DNA from: a virus
Taxonomy: Duplodnaviria > Caudoviricetes
Strand: one strand, 5' to 3'
IMG/VR virus record: IMGVR_UViG_3300035002_000032
Coordinates: 1 to 63,984 of that record
Length of the DNA: 63,984 nucleotides
Below the pieces are notes generated by a model. The model ran no database searches, was not told where the DNA came from, and saw only the letters and a program-made list of their open reading frames with translations. Of the stretch, positions 27,648 through 36,693 are shown in pieces (positions within the stretch are counted from its first letter, which is position 1; each line of letters begins with the position of its first letter). Made by a program: the position numbers and the translations under genes.

Positions 27648-28336
27648 AGAGGATTGCTCGTATAGTGGCCAGCGACGGCTCGGAACTGCCGGCGCGGATG
27701 CCGTACGGCACCGAACGGGACGCAGTGCATGCCGAGAAGCGGCGTCTTGCGGCACGCGCTTCCTACGGCAAGGATTGGGATGGCAAGGCTGATAATGACA
27801 ACGCGGTGAATTGGCCGCTTGCCCGGGCACTTGTTCGGGAGGGCAATATCGAACTGCTCAAGGTGGCGATTTCCTATCGCAAGATATATGAGCTGGCCAA
27901 ATCAGAAGCCATGCTTGGAGGTAAGGCTGCGCCGATCGGCGACGGCATGAATTTTGACCAGTATGTGAAGACGCTTGAAAGCGGAGACGTCGAGTACAAA
28001 GGCGCGCGCAAATCCAAAGCTGCTGCAGTCGACATACCTGCAAGAATGAAGATACCGGCAGGCAGCCTGTCGAGCACGAACCAAACCAACGTCCCGAAGC
28101 CGTGGAATGGCGACAAGCCCGTAAACGACATGATTGATGCCAAGGCCAAGTTGTCGGCACTGCAGCTTCGACTTGGCTACCTGTGTGAGCCGTTTGAGAT
28201 GGCGTGTATTGATGGCGCGACATTGCAGGAAGTCGGAAACAGTGTTGGTGTGTCCAACAGGACTGGTGCGCAGGCCGCCGGCCGTGCTGTGGTGCACATG
28301 GCTTTGATAACCGTTAGGGATATCCTGCGCAGGTAG
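27644..28336 (+). CDS. Putative late-gene regulator (C-terminal HTH)
   Basis: DGATLQEVGNSVG HTH-like; last gene before the tRNA and late region. Confidence 0.5.
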   Translation: MKRIARIVASDGSELPARMPYGTERDAVHAEKRRLAARASYGKDWDGKADNDNAVNWPLARALVREGNIELLKVAISYRKIYELAKSEAMLGGKAAPIGDGMNFDQYVKTLESGDVEYKGARKSKAAAVDIPARMKIPAGSLSSTNQTNVPKPWNGDKPVNDMIDAKAKLSALQLRLGYLCEPFEMACIDGATLQEVGNSVGVSNRTGAQAAGRAVVHMALITVRDILRR

Positions 28337-28737
28337 CGCATGCGCAAATCCCCGTCGCGGAGCGGGTAGGGTAGAGGCATACGGCCTCACGAAACATGTA
28401 GTTTCGGCGTAGGTCTACCCGACGAGCCGCAAGAGTCCATAGTGACCGGCCAACGGACGGGAGTGCGCCGAATGCCATCGCCACCTGGCGCCGTCCTCCT
28501 CCGGCGACTCGTGGCTTTCTGCTTAGGCGTTTAAGCGGAGCGCGAAAATGCGCAGGACGCCCGACACCGTGCAAGGCGGTGACCAATACGTGCCGGGTGT
28601 AGAGACCGGCTTATTGGGTCGGCACCGGACCAGCGTGGCAAAGCGTGGTGCGAGTATTTGCGGTGTTGCTTGCTGACAAATGCCCCGAGGCATTTCTACG
28701 GATAGGCAAGACGAGGCGATTTGGCCCGCCGCCTTTT

Positions 28738-28812
28738 ATTCGCGTAGCTTAACGGTAAAGCAGCGGTCTCCAAAACCGCCGATGTTTGGTTCGACTCCCG
28801 CCGCGTTTGCCA
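28738..28812 (+). tRNA. tRNA-Trp(CCA), degenerate acceptor and T stems
   Basis: D arm GCTT/AAGC, anticodon arm GCGGT-CTCCAAA-ACCGC, TTCGA, 3' CCA; several stem mismatches. Confidence 0.65.
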
Positions 28813-28843
28813 ATCACCCCACGCACTGCTTAGCGGTGCGTCC

Positions 28844-28888
28844 GCACCAGCGCCGCAATGATAAGGCGGTTTTGCTGGTGCCTTTTTT
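28844..28888 (+). terminator. Terminator-like hairpin within the tRNA cluster
   Basis: GCACCAGC...GCTGGTGC followed by CTTTTTT. Confidence 0.5.
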
Positions 28889-28930
28889 CGGAGGTTCGCA
28901 ATGGACGAAGATCGACCGCGACCCGCTACA

Positions 28931-29006
28931 CAGGGTGTAGCGCAGTTGGTAGCGTGCCCGCCTTGGAAGCGGGAGGTCGCCAGTTCGAACCTGGCCACCC
29001 TGACCA
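28931..29006 (+). tRNA. tRNA-Pro(TGG)
   Basis: Clean cloverleaf: CAGGGTG/CACCCTG, CCCGC-CTTGGAA-GCGGG, encoded CCA. Confidence 0.95.
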
Positions 29007-29038
29007 ATTCGCCCAAAGGGCGACAGCAAGGTTAGTTA

Positions 29039-29112
29039 TCCCGCTTCGTCTAACGGTAGGATAACGGACTTTGAATCCGCAGATTGTGGTTCGAATCCAC
29101 AGGCGGGAACCA
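29039..29112 (+). tRNA. tRNA-Gln(TTG)
   Basis: TCCCGCT/GGCGGGA, CGGA-CTTTGAA-TCCG, TGTGG-TTCGAAT-CCACA, CCA. Confidence 0.9.
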
Positions 29113-29121
29113 ACATAAATA

Positions 29122-29195
29122 GGGCTGCGCTCAGGGTAAGCGCGCGATCCTTGCAAGATTGCTTGAGTTCGGTTCGAGTCCGAAGCGGTCCACCA
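29122..29195 (+). tRNA. tRNA-Ala(TGC) with a shortened, atypical D region
   Basis: GGGCTGC/GCGGTCC with G3:U70, discriminator A, CGATC-CTTGCAA-GATTG, TTCGG-TTCGAGT-CCGAA, CCA. Confidence 0.75.
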
Positions 29196-29200
29196 GATAT

Positions 29201-29274
29201 GCGGATATAGCTCAGAGGCAGAGCAGTAGGCTTCCACCCTATGCGCGGGATTTCGATATTCCCTATCCGCTCCA
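29201..29274 (+). tRNA. tRNA-Gly(TCC)
   Basis: GCGGATA/TATCCGC, GTAGG-CTTCCAC-CCTAT, U73-CCA; non-canonical T-loop closing pair. Confidence 0.85.
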
Positions 29275-29278
29275 TTAC

Positions 29279-29355
29279 GCTGGCGTAGCTCAGTAGGTAG
29301 AGCGCGGCTCTTGTAAGGCCGATGTCGCAGGTTCGATCCCGTGCCGTCAGCACCA
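29279..29355 (+). tRNA. tRNA-Thr(TGT)
   Basis: GCTGGCG/CGTCAGC, CGGCT-CTTGTAA-GGCCG, CCA; one-base bulge in the T stem. Confidence 0.85.
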
Positions 29356-29610
29356 TATATGTGAGGAGGACACACATGCACAAGCAAGCTCTACTCGCCT
29401 ATTGCGACACGGTGCTGGCATGCAAAGCCTGCACAGGAACAACACGCATGTTCTGGCAGATGCTGCGTGACAAAGTGCAGCCATCGCTTGGGAGTATATT
29501 CAGGTGATCACGGCCCTACTCATAGCCGCAGCCGTAGTGGTTGCTATATTGGTTGCCACCGTGCTTGGCGTTGGCGCCTATCTCGCTTTCATGGGAGCGA
29601 ACTTTAGGTA

Positions 29611-29922
29611 ATGCGTAGGCCAGACCTGCGCACCGACACAACCAAGGCATATCGAAGGCTTTATAAGACTGCACGTTGGCAGCGCTTGCGCGAGTGGCAA
29701 CTAGGTCGCGACCCACTATGCCGCATGTGTCTTCAGGTGGAGGACGTCACCGCAGCAGATACGGTCGACCATGTTAGACCACACAAAGGCGATGAGGTGT
29801 TGTTCTTCGATGGCAACAATCTGCAATCGCTATGCGCATCATGCCACAACAGACACAAGCAGCGCGAGGAGCGCGGCAACGCTAGACCGGCCATTGGCAT
29901 TGATGGCTACCCATTGGGGTAG
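29611..29922 (+). CDS. Terminase-associated HNH endonuclease
   Basis: PLCRMC, VDHVRPHKG, NLQSLCASCHN; directly upstream of terS. Confidence 0.9.
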   Translation: MRRPDLRTDTTKAYRRLYKTARWQRLREWQLGRDPLCRMCLQVEDVTAADTVDHVRPHKGDEVLFFDGNNLQSLCASCHNRHKQREERGNARPAIGIDGYPLG

Positions 29923-30015
29923 AGGGGGTGTCGGCGGCTCTGGTGGCGTCTGCCGCAGGACCGGCGTGGCAGGATGGCTTTAGCGCTAATACAGTTTTTC
30001 CTATGAGGACGCACG

Positions 30016-30480
30016 ATGGCGAAGCGCAAGGCGCGCATTGATAGTGCGTCCGAAGCGGTGCGAGTGATGGCGAAGGCGGTTAGTGATGTCGCGCCGCCGG
30101 ACAACGTTCCGCTCGATCCAGAGGATCTGCCGTTCTTTCGGAACGTCATCGCGGAATACGCGCGATCGGAGTGGTCATCTCACCAGCTCGAGATCGCGGC
30201 CATGTTGGCGCGCACGATGGCCGACCTGACCCGCGAGCAGAAACTCTTGCGTGACGAAGGCGGCGTCTCCTACTCGGAAAAGGGCACGCCTGTGGCCAAT
30301 CCGCGCAAGTCGATTGTGCAGATGCACGCCAGTTCAATCCTGTCCTTCCGCCGTTCGTTGTCGCTTCACGCGCGCGCGCAAGCGGGCGAGGCTAGGGACG
30401 TTGCCAAGCGGAGGGCGGGCGCCAAGGCCATCGAGAGCGACAACCCTTTAGAGGATGATTTGCTGGCTCGGCCCGAATAA
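30016..30480 (+). CDS. terS: Terminase small subunit
   Basis: GTPVANP motif; position between HNH and terL. Confidence 0.85.
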   Translation: MAKRKARIDSASEAVRVMAKAVSDVAPPDNVPLDPEDLPFFRNVIAEYARSEWSSHQLEIAAMLARTMADLTREQKLLRDEGGVSYSEKGTPVANPRKSIVQMHASSILSFRRSLSLHARAQAGEARDVAKRRAGAKAIESDNPLEDDLLARPE

Positions 30481-30486
30481 GACTTC

Positions 30487-32079
30487 ATGGCGAAAAAGCC
30501 ACTGACGCGCGGCGAGCGCGTCGTTGCGTTCATTGAAAAATACTGCATCGTCCCCGAGGGCAACCTGCTCGGCAAGCCGATACGGCTTTTGGACTTTCAG
30601 AAGAAGTTCATTCTCGAGGTATACGACAACCCGAGCGGCACGTCACGCGCCTATCTTTCCATCGCGCGAAAGAATGGCAAGACAGGCTTGATTGCCTGTC
30701 TTTTGCTGGCCCACATTGTCGGGCCGGAGGCATACCAGAACAGCCGCATTACCAGCGGCGCGCGCACTCGAAAGCAGGCTGCGGAGGTTTTCAACTACGC
30801 CTCCAAGATGGTCTGGATGTCCCCGGCGCTGAGCAAATTGGCGCGAGTGGTTCCTTCTGGCAAGAAGATCATCGGCCTCGCACGAAACGTCGAGTATGAG
30901 GCGATATCCGCTGAGGCGGCCGGGGCGCATGGCGGCTCGCCCATCCTCGCAATTCTGGATGAAGTCGGGCAGGTAAAGGGACCGAACGACGCTTTTGTAG
31001 AGGCGATCATAACGTCTCAGGGTGCGTATGAGGGGAAGGCGATGCTATTCGCCATCTCGACGCAGGCGGCCACCGATAACGACCTATTCTCGCGCTGGAT
31101 AGACGACGCCGAGACGTCGAAAGACCCGCGCATCGTAAGCCACGTCTACACGGCGCCGGAAGACTGCGACATGCAGGATCCGAATGCTTGGGCCGCGGCC
31201 AATCCGGCGCTGGGTGTCTTCCGTTCGCTTAGCGACGTGCGGGACTCGGCGGCGATAGCTTCGCGTATGCCAACAGAGGAAGCCAGTTTCCGCTGGCTGT
31301 TCCTGAATCAGCGCATCGACGCATCGGCGCCACTGTTTGCGCCAAGCACATGGAAGGCGTGCGATGGCCCTGTTCAGGATTTTGGTGATCTGCCTGTATT
31401 TGGCGGACTCGATCTCTCCGAGGTCGACGACCTTACAGCCTTGGTGCTTATGGCGCCTCTAGCGACGGGCGCCGGCACCATATGGCACGTAAAGCCAACG
31501 TTCTGGTTGCCTGGCGATAGTCTGCGCGAGCGAGCAAGGGCTGACCGCGTCCCTTACGATATTTGGGCGAAGCCCAACGACAATGGAGACGTGTTTCTGC
31601 AGACGACGCCAGGACCGACGGTCGATTACGAGTTCATCGCTGCGCATTTGTGGAATTTGTCGCAGACGCTGAACATTCAGAAGATCGCCTTCGATATGTG
31701 GAACTGGCGGCACCTGAAGCCGTGGCTGTTGAAGGCTGGATTTTCCGAAGACCAGTGCGACGAGAAGAACGATGACGCGCTCTTCGTGCCGTTCGGGCAG
31801 GGATACCGATCGATGTCGCCAGCGTTGCGGGATTTGGCGACGTTGGTCCTGAATAAGAGGTTGGCGCATGCCGACCATCCGGTCTTGAACATGTGCATTT
31901 CCAACGCCGTGGTGAAGCCGGACCCGGCCGGCAACAAGAAACTGGACAAGTCGAAGGCGCGCGGACGCATCGACGGAGCTGTGGCGCTGACTATGGCGAC
32001 GTCGGTTGCCGGAACGCACATTGACGCAACCCCCGCTCCTTCTCCGTGGGACGATCCAACCTATTCGGTGATCGCATGA
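30487..32079 (+). CDS. terL: Terminase large subunit (HK97-type)
   Basis: ARKNGKT, ILDE, AIST, GLDLS, RIDGAVA. Confidence 0.95.
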   Translation: MAKKPLTRGERVVAFIEKYCIVPEGNLLGKPIRLLDFQKKFILEVYDNPSGTSRAYLSIARKNGKTGLIACLLLAHIVGPEAYQNSRITSGARTRKQAAEVFNYASKMVWMSPALSKLARVVPSGKKIIGLARNVEYEAISAEAAGAHGGSPILAILDEVGQVKGPNDAFVEAIITSQGAYEGKAMLFAISTQAATDNDLFSRWIDDAETSKDPRIVSHVYTAPEDCDMQDPNAWAAANPALGVFRSLSDVRDSAAIASRMPTEEASFRWLFLNQRIDASAPLFAPSTWKACDGPVQDFGDLPVFGGLDLSEVDDLTALVLMAPLATGAGTIWHVKPTFWLPGDSLRERARADRVPYDIWAKPNDNGDVFLQTTPGPTVDYEFIAAHLWNLSQTLNIQKIAFDMWNWRHLKPWLLKAGFSEDQCDEKNDDALFVPFGQGYRSMSPALRDLATLVLNKRLAHADHPVLNMCISNAVVKPDPAGNKKLDKSKARGRIDGAVALTMATSVAGTHIDATPAPSPWDDPTYSVIA

Positions 32080-32753
32080 ACGACTTCTACGTTTACGCGT
32101 GGTTAAAACCCTGCGGGTCACCATTTTACATTGGCAAGGGAGCTGGGGACCGAGACGCCAGACTAGCGGGCGGTAGTCGTAACTCAATGTTTATGAGAAC
32201 GGTTGCTAAGATACGCCGCGAAGGTGGCGAGCCGAGGATAGTGCGGTGGCACGACGGTTTAACTGAGGCCGACGCCTTTATGTTGGAGCGCGCCTACATA
32301 AAGCTGTTCGGTCGCCGCAATATCGGGACCGGCATTCTTGCCAACATGACTGATGGTGGCGAGGGCTGTGTTGGCCTTAAGCACACAGATGCGACGAAGG
32401 CCAAGATGTCGATTGCCAAGACGGGGATTAAACTTAGTCCGGCAAGCGCGGAGAGAAAGCGCAGGTCATCCATCGCGAATAAGGGTCGCCGCCGTACAGA
32501 GGATGCAGTCAGGCAAAATCGCGCGGCGCAGCACTCGGTTGGCGTGCGAAAGAACAATAAGTCTGGCTTTTGCGGTGTCAGTTATCATTCGGACAGAAAT
32601 AAGTGGGGCGCCAGAATAAAGATTGCTGGGCGTGAACACAACCTTGGTCGGTTTGATACAGCAGAGGAAGCAGCGAAAGTACGAGACAAGGCGGCCATTG
32701 CTGCCTTCGGTGCCGGGCATTGCTTTCTAAATTTCCCGTTAGAGGCGGCATAA
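32076..32753 (+). CDS. Free-standing homing endonuclease-like protein (GIY-YIG, NUMOD3, AP2)
   Basis: FYVY...FYIGKG.GDR, NMTDGGEG, HTDATKAKMS, SGFCGV...LGRFDTAEEAA. Confidence 0.85.
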   Translation: MNDFYVYAWLKPCGSPFYIGKGAGDRDARLAGGSRNSMFMRTVAKIRREGGEPRIVRWHDGLTEADAFMLERAYIKLFGRRNIGTGILANMTDGGEGCVGLKHTDATKAKMSIAKTGIKLSPASAERKRRSSIANKGRRRTEDAVRQNRAAQHSVGVRKNNKSGFCGVSYHSDRNKWGARIKIAGREHNLGRFDTAEEAAKVRDKAAIAAFGAGHCFLNFPLEAA

Positions 32754-34034
32754 ATGGCACTTTTTGACAGATTCCGCCGCCAAACGGCACCAGAGCAGCG
32801 CAATTCGATCGAAAACCCGACAGTGCCCGTAAGCTCCGAAAGCTTCTTGGCGTTCTTTGGAGTGCAGGCGGCAAATTTGCCGAATGTCACCATTGATCGA
32901 GCGTTGGCTGTCCCTGCGGTGTGGGCTGCTGTTGCGTTCCTTTCGCGGACGCTTGCCGCTTTGCCGAGACACGCCTACCGGACCACGAAAGAGGGGCCGA
33001 AGCGCCTCGGCGGTAAGCTTGAGACGGTAATCCACGATGCACCTAACGACGAAATCAACGCCTTCAAGTTCTGGCAGTATTTTTGGCAGCAGGTTTTTAC
33101 GGGCGGCCGTGGGCTGGCCTGGATTGAGCGCACCCCGCAGGGTGTCGAGGCACTGTGGCAGATGGATCCGACCAAGACCGTAGTCAAGCGTGTCGGCGGC
33201 AGGACTGTTTATCAATACAACGACACAAAGAGAGGGCAGGCGAAGGAATATCCTGCCGCCGACGTAATCGATGTGCCCTTCATGCTGAAAGCGGATGGGC
33301 TGGGGCACTATGGCCCTATTGCGATGGCCGCAAAGGCAATCCAACTCGCGCTAGCAATGAACGACTACGGCAGTAACTTCTTTGCGGGAGGAGGCGTCCC
33401 GCCGCTTTCACTTGAAGGACCGTTACCTGCCGGAGACGCGGCTATAAAGCGGGCGCAGGCCGATATCAAGCGATCCGTGGACGCCGCAAAGCAGGCGAAT
33501 GAACCTGTATTCCCCATTCCGGCAGGTTACAAACTGAACCCGGTCGGACTTGATCCCGCCAAGGGTCAGATGATTGAGGCCCGGCGTTTTCAGGTCGAGG
33601 AAATTGCCAGGGCATACCAATTGCCGCCAATCTTTTTGCAAGACTTATCCCGCGCGACGTTCACGAACGCGGAACAGCAAGATTTGCACCTCGTCAAGCA
33701 CCTTATCGGGCAATGGGCAGAGGCGCTTGAGGGCGAACTGAACCTGAAGATGTTCGGGCGCGGCAATAACGGACGATACGTTGAGCACAACCTTGATGGA
33801 CTCTTGCGCGGCGACTTCAAGACGCGAATGGACGGCATGGGTCAGGCGGTACAGAACGGCCTGTTGACGCCCAACGAGGGTCGCGCGCTGGACAATCGCC
33901 CTGCCATGCCAGAGGGCGACAAACTCTACATTCAGGGCGCAACAATCCCGCTGGGAAGTCAGCCAGTCACGCCCGCCGCGCCGGCAGTAGCGGCCAACGA
34001 CAATGATGAAGACGAGGCGGAAGAAGCCGCATGA
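32754..34034 (+). CDS. Portal protein (HK97 family)
   Basis: VPAVWAAV, PND, EEIARAY, GLLTPNEGR; ends AANDNDEDEAEEAA. Confidence 0.95.
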   Translation: MALFDRFRRQTAPEQRNSIENPTVPVSSESFLAFFGVQAANLPNVTIDRALAVPAVWAAVAFLSRTLAALPRHAYRTTKEGPKRLGGKLETVIHDAPNDEINAFKFWQYFWQQVFTGGRGLAWIERTPQGVEALWQMDPTKTVVKRVGGRTVYQYNDTKRGQAKEYPAADVIDVPFMLKADGLGHYGPIAMAAKAIQLALAMNDYGSNFFAGGGVPPLSLEGPLPAGDAAIKRAQADIKRSVDAAKQANEPVFPIPAGYKLNPVGLDPAKGQMIEARRFQVEEIARAYQLPPIFLQDLSRATFTNAEQQDLHLVKHLIGQWAEALEGELNLKMFGRGNNGRYVEHNLDGLLRGDFKTRMDGMGQAVQNGLLTPNEGRALDNRPAMPEGDKLYIQGATIPLGSQPVTPAAPAVAANDNDEDEAEEAA

Positions 34035-34654
34035 CGAACATTGAAAAACGCGGCGGAAGCCTAGGCGTTGAGACCCGCGCCGCAGATGGTAAGCGTACTC
34101 TTTTGGGGTATGCTGCCGTTTGGAATAGCGACACAACGATTGGCGACTATTTTGTCGAGCGCATAGCGCCTGGCGCCTTTAGCAAGGCAATCGGTGGCGA
34201 TATCCTTGCACTTTACGATCACGACATGGGGCGGGTGCTTGGCCGCACTAAATCCAGGACCTTGCGCCTCTCTGAAGATGACCACGGCCTCAAGTTTGAG
34301 ATCGATGTTCCCGACACGTCGGACGGCAACGATCTTTGGACTCTGGTCGAGCGCGGCGATGTCGCCGGCATGAGTTTCGCCTTCCGCGCCACTAAACAGG
34401 AGTGGGATGAGTCAGGCGATTTGCCGCACAGGACTATCATCGAGGCCGAGTTGTACGAGGTTACCGCTACAGCCAGCCCCGCCTATCCGGACACGACACT
34501 AGCAGCACGCTCGCTTGAGGATGCGCGCTCGGAAGCCGAGAGGCTGGCGGCGGAGCGAGCGAAGAAGGAGGCAGACGCCGCGGCAGCCAGGCGTCGAATT
34601 GCCGAGCGCCAAGCGGCGCAGGAACAAAGAATTCGGGGTATCCGGCAGGGATAA
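34031..34654 (+). CDS. Prohead protease (HK97 family)
   Basis: GYAAVWN, DHD, GMSFAF, EVT..PAY. Confidence 0.95.
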   Translation: MTNIEKRGGSLGVETRAADGKRTLLGYAAVWNSDTTIGDYFVERIAPGAFSKAIGGDILALYDHDMGRVLGRTKSRTLRLSEDDHGLKFEIDVPDTSDGNDLWTLVERGDVAGMSFAFRATKQEWDESGDLPHRTIIEAELYEVTATASPAYPDTTLAARSLEDARSEAERLAAERAKKEADAAAARRRIAERQAAQEQRIRGIRQG

Positions 34655-34715
34655 CCCGTAGTCACCCGGCAATGCCGGAGGGCACGGCGAAGAGCCTGCC
34701 ATTCAACCCCAAAGT

Positions 34716-34740
34716 AGCTCGCTGATGCGGGCTTTTTATT
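34716..34740 (+). terminator. Hairpin plus T-tract upstream of the capsid gene
   Basis: AGCTCGC-tgat-GCGGGCT-TTTTATT. Confidence 0.5.
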
Positions 34741-34757
34741 GCCTAAAAGGAACTACT

Positions 34758-36038
34758 ATGACTCTGAAAGAGTTGAACGAAAGGCGCGGCGTACTCGTCA
34801 CGCAGGCTCGCGAGGCGCTGGCCGAAATCAAGAAGAACACCGACGAATCCCGCGCCGCGGAACTCGATGCCCGCCATGACGCCATTATGGCTGACTTCGA
34901 CAAGATCGAGGCCACCATTGCCCGTGAGCAGCGCGTTGCCGCTGCCGAGGCGCGCATTGCTGCGGCTGCCGATGAAGAGCGCAAGGCGAAGCGTCCCGGT
35001 AGCGATGACGGCGAAGTCCGCGGCCAGCATGATGGCGACAAGCCAGAGTATCGCGAGGTGTTCTACAAGTTTCTCGCTGGGGGCGCGTCCTTCGACGAAC
35101 TGTCGCCCGAAGAGCGCGGAATTCTGAAGGCTGGTGCCGTCAATCCTGACAAGGAAAAGCGTGTACAGACGGTGGGCACCACGACCGCTGGTGGTTTCAC
35201 TGTGCCGGTTGAACTCGCCAACATGCTCGTCAAGTCGATGAAGGCTTGGGGACCCATGTATGACGAGGATATCTGCACGGTCATCACGACTTCGCAGGGC
35301 AACTCGATCAAAATCCCGACGATCGACGACACGGCTGTGACGGCCGAGAAGAAGCTGGGCGAAGGTACGGCCCTCACTGATGATGGCGGCAAGGATGCCA
35401 CCTTCGGTCAGAAGTCGCTTGACTCTTACGGCTACGACACCGAATTCGTGCGTTTCTCGCTCGAGCTGGCCCGTGACTCGATCTTCAACATGGAGTCGCT
35501 GCTTGGCGAGCTGCTTGGTGAACGTCTCGGTCGTATCGCGAACAGCGAATTGACGACTGCGGACGGCACTGGCGACCCGAATGGCATTGTAACGGCTTCG
35601 GCGCTGGGCAAGACGGCCGCCGCGGTGGCGGCTGTGACGTACGATGAGATCATCGACCTGGTTCACTCGGTCGACCCGGCTTACCGCCAGTCGCCGAAGG
35701 TGCGTTTCATGTTCAACGACCTTACCCTTGCGGCTCTCCGCAAGCTGAAGGACGGCGACGGCCGCTACATCTGGACCATGGGCGACGTGCAGAACGGCGT
35801 TCCTGGCAATATCCTCGGCTACCGCTACTCGATCAACCAGGCGATGGCAAACCTCGCGACCGGCAACAAAACGATGCTGTTCGGCGATTTCGGTAAGTAC
35901 TTCGTCCGCAAGGTCGGATCTCCGATGATTGGCGTTCTGCGTGAGCGTTTCTGGCCGGACCTTGGCATTGCCGGTCTGATCTACTTCGACGGCGAACTTT
36001 CTGACACTGCGGCGGTCAAGCACCTGGTGCAGGCCTAG
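34758..36038 (+). CDS. Major capsid protein (HK97 fold)
   Basis: Coiled-coil delta domain, GGFTVP, KLKDGDGRY, FGDF; AAAAGGA RBS. Confidence 0.95.
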   Translation: MTLKELNERRGVLVTQAREALAEIKKNTDESRAAELDARHDAIMADFDKIEATIAREQRVAAAEARIAAAADEERKAKRPGSDDGEVRGQHDGDKPEYREVFYKFLAGGASFDELSPEERGILKAGAVNPDKEKRVQTVGTTTAGGFTVPVELANMLVKSMKAWGPMYDEDICTVITTSQGNSIKIPTIDDTAVTAEKKLGEGTALTDDGGKDATFGQKSLDSYGYDTEFVRFSLELARDSIFNMESLLGELLGERLGRIANSELTTADGTGDPNGIVTASALGKTAAAVAAVTYDEIIDLVHSVDPAYRQSPKVRFMFNDLTLAALRKLKDGDGRYIWTMGDVQNGVPGNILGYRYSINQAMANLATGNKTMLFGDFGKYFVRKVGSPMIGVLRERFWPDLGIAGLIYFDGELSDTAAVKHLVQA

Positions 36039-36088
36039 TCATAACGGGGCGCTCTTGCGAGCGCCCCTCCAAACCTTTGGAGGTGGCT

Positions 36089-36460
36089 ATGAGCTACAAT
36101 CAAACTGGCTATCGCAATAGCGATAGCATCGACGTGGTTGGCGGCCAGACAGCCGTCACTCAGATCACGAGCATCACCACTGGCGTCACCTGTAACGCTT
36201 ATTCCGGCGTCATCACGACTGTCAGTCAGACGGTTGCGGCCGGTGCTGAGGCTGAATTTACGGTGACCAATTCGAAAGTTGCCGCAACCGACGTAGTGGT
36301 TGCCTGCATCAAGACGCACACCTCGGCAGGGACCTTTGCTGTGGATGTGTCGGCCGTAGCTGCGGGCAGTTTTAAGCTTCGCCTAACGAATCTTGATGCC
36401 GCAGCCGCTGGCAATAACGTGCTGGTCATCAACTTCATCGTTCTCAAGGCTGCGGCGTAA
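36089..36460 (+). CDS. Probable virion structural (decoration) protein
   Basis: Beta-rich Thr/Val/Ala composition; follows the capsid gene; GGAGG RBS. Confidence 0.55.
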   Translation: MSYNQTGYRNSDSIDVVGGQTAVTQITSITTGVTCNAYSGVITTVSQTVAAGAEAEFTVTNSKVAATDVVVACIKTHTSAGTFAVDVSAVAAGSFKLRLTNLDAAAAGNNVLVINFIVLKAAA

Positions 36461-36462
36461 AA

Positions 36463-36693
36463 GTGCTTGTCCGTATGCTCGTCGGCTTGTCGGGCAACCA
36501 GTATTCACTTGGTCCGAACGACGAGCGCGACTTCCCGCAGGATGAGGCCTTGCGCCTTATTTCTGCGGGCTATGCCGTACCGGTGACAACCAATACAAAG
36601 ATTGAGCGGGCCATAACTGCCCCATCTCCAGAGCGGCGCGCAATGTCATCCATTCGCGGCAAGCGAGGCAAGAATGTGGTATCAGCCGACTGA
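36463..36693 (+). CDS. Small head-associated protein
   Basis: EALRLISAGYA pattern common downstream of capsid genes. Confidence 0.55.
   Translation: MLVRMLVGLSGNQYSLGPNDERDFPQDEALRLISAGYAVPVTTNTKIERAITAPSPERRAMSSIRGKRGKNVVSAD

Noticed and set aside
28337-29355. A phage-encoded tmRNA gene
   Set aside because: No tag reading frame (ANDN...AA stop) or tmRNA-like ends found in this region; the Ala element has a normal anticodon arm
34743-36023. Long antisense ORFs (also 41427-42548, 48147-49253, 57664-58833, 19379-20668, 7116-8066)
   Set aside because: Shadow frames of GC-rich genes with strong codon bias; no motifs or RBS
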